A DNA stretch of 50,881 nucleotides, taken from positions 1-50,881 of the forward strand of contig CAZVZC010000010.1 of the NCBI GenBank assembly GCA_964631415.1, in the 5' to 3' direction. The stretch comes from an uncultured archaeon (GTDB lineage Archaea; Asgardarchaeota; Thorarchaeia; Thorarchaeales; Thorarchaeaceae). Of the stretch, positions 46,376 to 50,881 are shown piece by piece. Each line of letters opens with the position of its first letter. Within the stretch, counting starts at the first letter, position 1. Position numbers and translations under genes: made by a program. The notes under the pieces are model-generated. The model worked only from the letters and a program-made list of their open reading frames with translations, made no database searches and was not told the DNA's origin.

Positions 46376-48547
46376 ATGGATGGAACAGAAACGGATTCGT
46401 CGAGTATCCGGATGCTTGTTAGAAGGAGCAGACTGCTCGAAGCCAGTAATAGGATCCTTCTTGATACTCTCGATTGCGAAACCTTGTCAGAAGCGGCAAA
46501 GGTGGGCCTCGAGGCCATCGAGGATCTGATTGGGAGCCGATTCGGATTCGTTGATGAGTTAAACGCCAAGGGAACTCTAGATGCAATCGCTTTGAGTGAC
46601 ATTGGCTGGGAAGGCTGTGCTCAAGAGCCCGAACAGGCGCGAAAGCAGCTGGCAGGAATGCCAATAAGAGGCTACTGGAGCAAACCGGTTGTCACAGGAG
46701 AGCCGGTGCTAGTGAACGACCCCGGTTCACACCCTGAGAGAGTCGGAACACCCAAGGGGCATCCCCCAATTGAATGCTATCTCGGTGTGCCGATGAGACA
46801 TGGAACGAAAATAGTCGGCGTAATCGGACTTGCTAACAAACCAGGGGGATTCACACAGTCAGATGTCGAGGATTTGAGCGTGGTTTCTTCTTGGCTCGCA
46901 GAGGTCATACAACGAAAACGTTTGGAGGAGGTCAAAGAACAGGCTCTCAGGCACTACGAGGAGCTCTTTTCAAACGCAATAGTCGCTTTCGCCTATCACA
47001 GAATCCTGACAGACGAGGCTGGCAAGCCTGTTGACTACGAGTTTCTTGATGTGAACCACGCATTCGAAGCTCTTACGGGGCTTGAGAAGGAGAAGGTGGT
47101 TGGGAGGAGGGTCACGGAAGTGCTTCCAGGCATAGTACACGAGGATTTCGACTGGATTGGCACTTACGGGAAGGTCGCTCTCACTGGCGAGCCTACGACG
47201 TTCGTACAGTACTTTGCACCTCTGGACCAATGGTATCTGGTAAATGCTTACAGCCCAGAGAAGTACTACTTCATAGCATCTTTTGTGAACATCACTAGTG
47301 AACGCTTGGTGCAAGCGGCACTTAGGGAAAGTGAAAACTTTGCCACAGTCCTGTTCGAACACGCACCTATTGCACTATGGGAAGTGGATCTATCAAGCAT
47401 CAGGTCGAAGGTGGTTCAGATGGAGAGTTCTGGCCAGGTGGACCTTGGACGCTACCTGAATGACCACCCCCGAGCTCTCTCCGAGTTCGTGTCTGCGGTG
47501 CGCGTAACTAGGGCCAATGTGCGGACACTTGAGCTCTTTGGCACTAAGACCTTCCAAGCCTTCCAGCTCTACCTGCCAGAGAGCAGTGCTAACGCCGGGA
47601 TCTTCCAGAAAGTTGTTCCCGCTCTTGTGGGACAACAGAACGTAATCATGACTGAAGGGACTCTTGCGACTTTAGATGGTCGCAACATCGATGTTGTTCT
47701 CAAGGCGAAGATCGTCCCAGGTCATGAAACAACCTTGGCGAGAGTGATTGTGTCTGCAGTTGATGTCACGGCCCAGAAGCAGGCTGAGAAACAGCTCAGG
47801 GGTCTAAATGAGGAACTGGACCAACATGTGAAGGAGCGGACTGCACAGCTCGAAAACGCCAATAACGAGCTCGAGTCATTCGCTTACTCCGTCTCACATG
47901 ATTTGAGGGCCCCTCTCCGGGCTGTCGATGGTTTCAGCAGAGAGCTGCTTGAGGGTTATCGTGACAGTCTAGACGAAAAGGGAATACATTACTTGGAACG
48001 TGTGAGAACAGCTGCTCAACGTATGGGAGCCATGATCGATGACCTGTTAAGATTGTCTCGTGTCACTCGTGCGGCGTTGAACCGTGAGTTGGTGGACGTG
48101 ACAGCCATGGCCAAAGAGGTTGCCGAAGAACTTCGCCGCAGCGATGAGAGCAGACATGTCGAGTTCGTTATTGCTGATGATGTTGTCGCAAAGGCAGACA
48201 GGGGACTCATGCGAGCGGTGTTGGACAACCTCATTGGGAATGCGTGGAAGTTTTCGGCGAAGCAGGCACATTCGAGAATCGAAGTAGGCACTCTCAGACA
48301 GGGAAGGAGCACTGTGTATTTCGTGCGGGACAATGGTGTGGGCTTTGACATGCAATATGCAGAGAAGCTGTTCGTTCCGTTTCAGCGGCTCCACTCGCGG
48401 GATGAGTTCGAGGGCACCGGTGTCGGACTGGCAACAGTGCGCCGCATCATCAGACGGCATGGTGGACAGGTCTGGGCAGAGAGCGCTCCTGAGCAAGGTG
48501 CCACGTTTTACTTCACGATAATGCCGGAGGAAGGCAAGGATGTCTAA
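46376..48547 (+). CDS. Soluble sensor histidine kinase (GAF-PAS-PAS-HisKA-HATPase)
   Basis: GAF P.GHPPI..YLGVP..GLANK; H-box VSHDLRAPL; NLIGNAWKF, DNGVG, GTGVGL; start uncertain. Confidence 0.93.
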   Translation: MDGTETDSSSIRMLVRRSRLLEASNRILLDTLDCETLSEAAKVGLEAIEDLIGSRFGFVDELNAKGTLDAIALSDIGWEGCAQEPEQARKQLAGMPIRGYWSKPVVTGEPVLVNDPGSHPERVGTPKGHPPIECYLGVPMRHGTKIVGVIGLANKPGGFTQSDVEDLSVVSSWLAEVIQRKRLEEVKEQALRHYEELFSNAIVAFAYHRILTDEAGKPVDYEFLDVNHAFEALTGLEKEKVVGRRVTEVLPGIVHEDFDWIGTYGKVALTGEPTTFVQYFAPLDQWYLVNAYSPEKYYFIASFVNITSERLVQAALRESENFATVLFEHAPIALWEVDLSSIRSKVVQMESSGQVDLGRYLNDHPRALSEFVSAVRVTRANVRTLELFGTKTFQAFQLYLPESSANAGIFQKVVPALVGQQNVIMTEGTLATLDGRNIDVVLKAKIVPGHETTLARVIVSAVDVTAQKQAEKQLRGLNEELDQHVKERTAQLENANNELESFAYSVSHDLRAPLRAVDGFSRELLEGYRDSLDEKGIHYLERVRTAAQRMGAMIDDLLRLSRVTRAALNRELVDVTAMAKEVAEELRRSDESRHVEFVIADDVVAKADRGLMRAVLDNLIGNAWKFSAKQAHSRIEVGTLRQGRSTVYFVRDNGVGFDMQYAEKLFVPFQRLHSRDEFEGTGVGLATVRRIIRRHGGQVWAESAPEQGATFYFTIMPEEGKDV

Positions 48548-48965
48548 TCGGAATGGTGTCGTACTGCTCGTTGAGGATGACCCTGACGACGCGGAACTAG
48601 CGATGTCTGCTTTAGGGCAGGCGAAACTGCTGAACAGGATAGTGCACGCACGAGACGGAGAAGAGGCTCTTCGATATCTGTTTGAGGAGCCACTGCACCC
48701 TCTTCCCACTGTGGTCTTGCTAGACCTGAAAATGCCCAAAGTAGACGGCCTTGACGTATTAAAGCGTATCAGGTCTGAGAACAAGACGAAGACCCTGCCA
48801 GTTGTAGTGTTGACCTCCTCTAGGGAGGACCGCGACATACGCAAATGCTATGACCTCGGAGTGAACAGCTACATTGTAAAACCAGTGGACTTCGAACAGT
48901 TCGCATCGAGTGTCAAGCAGCTCGGTCTTTACTGGGTGGTCCTCAACACTGTTCCGCCTGTCTAG
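48540..48965 (+). CDS. Single-domain response regulator (Rcp1-like)
   Basis: LLVEDDPDD, LLDLKMP, LTSS, NSYIVKP, LGLYW. Confidence 0.95.
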   Translation: MSNRNGVVLLVEDDPDDAELAMSALGQAKLLNRIVHARDGEEALRYLFEEPLHPLPTVVLLDLKMPKVDGLDVLKRIRSENKTKTLPVVVLTSSREDRDIRKCYDLGVNSYIVKPVDFEQFASSVKQLGLYWVVLNTVPPV

Positions 48966-48980
48966 GAAGGTGAGATTGAG

Positions 48981-50825
48981 GTGGCCGTCCTTCGAGTACT
49001 CATAGTAGAGGACTCAGAAGAAGATGCCGAGCTGATTGTCCTTGAACTGGAACGCGCGGGATATCAGGTTGTCCACAAGCGCATTCAGAACCGTGAACAG
49101 ATGCTGGAGAGCCTGAGAGAGCAAGACTGGGATCTTGTGCTGTCTGACTATAGAATGCCTGGTTTCAGCGGACTTGAGGCACTTGATATCTGGAAACAAC
49201 ATGGCTCCGACCAACCATTCATCATTGTCTCGGGGACCATCGGGGAGGAACTGGCTGTCGAGGCCATGAAGGCTGGGGCGCACGACTACGTCCTGAAGCG
49301 CAACATCAGCAGGCTTGGCCCGGTGGTTGACCGTGCTCTTCGGGATGTGGACGAGAGGCGTCTGCGGCGTGAGGCCGAGGAATCGTTGCGCAGAGCTCTG
49401 GAACTGCTTCAGAGGACTCTCAATAGTCAGAGGGACGCTGTCCTCGTCCTAGACATCCATGACCCTCCCAGTATCCTGGAGGCAAATCCTGCTGCGACAG
49501 AGGTCTTTGGGTACTCACGAGAAGAACTCGTGGGGCAGCCCGTTGGCATTCTTCATGTTGACGAGGCAAGATATGAGGAGTTTCGTTCGATTGTCCTTCG
49601 TGAGTTGCGGGAACGGGGCTATTCTCAGCTCAAATTCAGTATGAGAAGGAAGGACCAGAGTGTCTTCCCAAGCGAACACGTAGTAACGCCGATTCTGGGC
49701 GATGGAGGAGTACAATCTGGATACGTCAGTGTAGTGCGTGATGTGTCTAGTCGGGAAGCTGCGGAGAAGGCTCTGAGAGAGAGCCATGAGCTCTTCCGAC
49801 TGACTGTTGAGTCTACGGGTGATGGCATAGCAGTTGTTGCCCTCGACGGGCACGTTCTTCATACGAATTCGGCCTTCGTCCAAATGTGGGCGGTTCCATT
49901 GTCCGTACTTGAAAAAGGCGAAGGCGGACTCCTCAGCCACATGACGAGAGAACTGGGGTCAGACGGAGGCCCGATGCCTGAAGCATGGACCCCTCTGTCA
50001 CCCAACAGTCTTGACCCTTGGCGAGGCACCTTCCGTTTCGATGATGGTCGCACATATGAGGGCTACCGCGCACCTGTTGTGAGAGAAGGGACACCCATAG
50101 CGCAGCTCTGGACGTTTCATGATATCACCCAACTGAAGAGAGCCCAAGAGTCTGCTGGGTTGTACCTAGACCTCATGTGTCATGACATCAGGAATAGACT
50201 TCAGGCAATCAGCATGACTGTGGACCTCATCGACATGCTCTTTGGAAGTACAGACATTTCGCTTCATCTCACTCAGATACAGGACGACATCGCCAAATGT
50301 GCGGGACTAATCGCCAAGGCAAAACAGACAGAACGTCTCGAGGATGCTCCCATCCGATTGACTTCACTGCCTCAGGCAATCAGAGATAGCACAGGCTTGC
50401 TCCTTGCTCAGCACAGGGATGTCACGGTGGAGCTATGCTTGGGAAACTCAGAAGCCCTCATTGAGGCAAACGAGCATCTAGCGCTCCTATTGGCGCAGCT
50501 TATGCAAAACGCTGTGATCCACAATCATCGCGAGACCAAGACCATATGGGTACGTCTTGAGGAAGACGACAAGAGGTATGAACTCTCAATGGCCGATAAT
50601 GGACCAGGAATCCCCGATGCCAGTAAGCAGAGCCTGTTTGATGGCAGCAGGCGGTATGGGGGTATTGGACTTCACATTGTCCATCAACTCATGAACAGCT
50701 ATGGGGGCCGTGTTGCTGTCCGGGATCGTGTAGCTGGTGATCCGAGTCAGGGAGCCGACTTCCAGCTCTCCTTTCCGAAGCCACATCGACACCAAGTCGA
50801 CTCGGCCGATGGCGCTCCACGTTGA
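48981..50825 (+). CDS. Hybrid kinase REC-PAS-PAS-HisKA-HATPase
   Basis: VEDSEED, LSDYRMP, AHDYVLK; H-box MCHDIRN; QNAVIH, DNGPG, GGIGL. Confidence 0.92.
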   Translation: MAVLRVLIVEDSEEDAELIVLELERAGYQVVHKRIQNREQMLESLREQDWDLVLSDYRMPGFSGLEALDIWKQHGSDQPFIIVSGTIGEELAVEAMKAGAHDYVLKRNISRLGPVVDRALRDVDERRLRREAEESLRRALELLQRTLNSQRDAVLVLDIHDPPSILEANPAATEVFGYSREELVGQPVGILHVDEARYEEFRSIVLRELRERGYSQLKFSMRRKDQSVFPSEHVVTPILGDGGVQSGYVSVVRDVSSREAAEKALRESHELFRLTVESTGDGIAVVALDGHVLHTNSAFVQMWAVPLSVLEKGEGGLLSHMTRELGSDGGPMPEAWTPLSPNSLDPWRGTFRFDDGRTYEGYRAPVVREGTPIAQLWTFHDITQLKRAQESAGLYLDLMCHDIRNRLQAISMTVDLIDMLFGSTDISLHLTQIQDDIAKCAGLIAKAKQTERLEDAPIRLTSLPQAIRDSTGLLLAQHRDVTVELCLGNSEALIEANEHLALLLAQLMQNAVIHNHRETKTIWVRLEEDDKRYELSMADNGPGIPDASKQSLFDGSRRYGGIGLHIVHQLMNSYGGRVAVRDRVAGDPSQGADFQLSFPKPHRHQVDSADGAPR

Positions 50826-50881
50826 AGCAATCTCCTAGAAACTGCTTGTTGCACGGACCATTTGACATGCCGAATGACACG

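Noticed and set aside
46376-48547. Bacteriophytochrome
   Set aside because: No PAS-GAF-PHY arrangement, DIP motif or bilin-binding Cys was recognised.
1-50881. Numerous 60-270 aa antisense or overlapping ORFs; tRNA, rRNA and IS elements
   Set aside because: The shadow ORFs lie opposite motif-supported genes; no T-loop/cloverleaf, rRNA or transposase signature was seen by eye.

Overview
Archaeal chromosomal segment, most likely Asgard (Thorarchaeota-like). This is inferred from the thermosome, RpoK, Fap7/AK6, ARD1, MEMO1, a 7TM-longin fusion and TTTAAG-type promoters. In order: (1) a group 3b [NiFe]-hydrogenase (sulfhydrogenase) operon whose large subunit carries one in-frame TGA and is followed by a ~145-nt highly base-paired element; (2) a solitary N6-adenine DNA methyltransferase; (3) a housekeeping block (AK6, ARD1, DUF89, thermosome, HhH-fused RpoK, DUF4010, HisRS, MEMO1); (4) transporters, GNATs, an orphan glycyl-radical activase, a 7TM-longin protein, tandem surface-protein paralogs, a fused CoA-transferase and a patchy, apparently rearranged zone (28.5-33.2 kb); (5) a 33.7-43.8 kb cluster combining a non-pyrrolysine MttB, a corrinoid protein, two URO-D/MtaA-family proteins and an APC permease with a metallophosphoesterase, a divergently transcribed nucleotidyltransferase and a Zn-dehydrogenase, which is the best candidate for an undescribed system; (6) tandem Zn-ribbon membrane proteins and a soluble HK-RR-hybrid HK phosphorelay. 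No rRNA, tRNA, CRISPR array or transposase was recognised. All calls come from motif reading by eye, not database searches.
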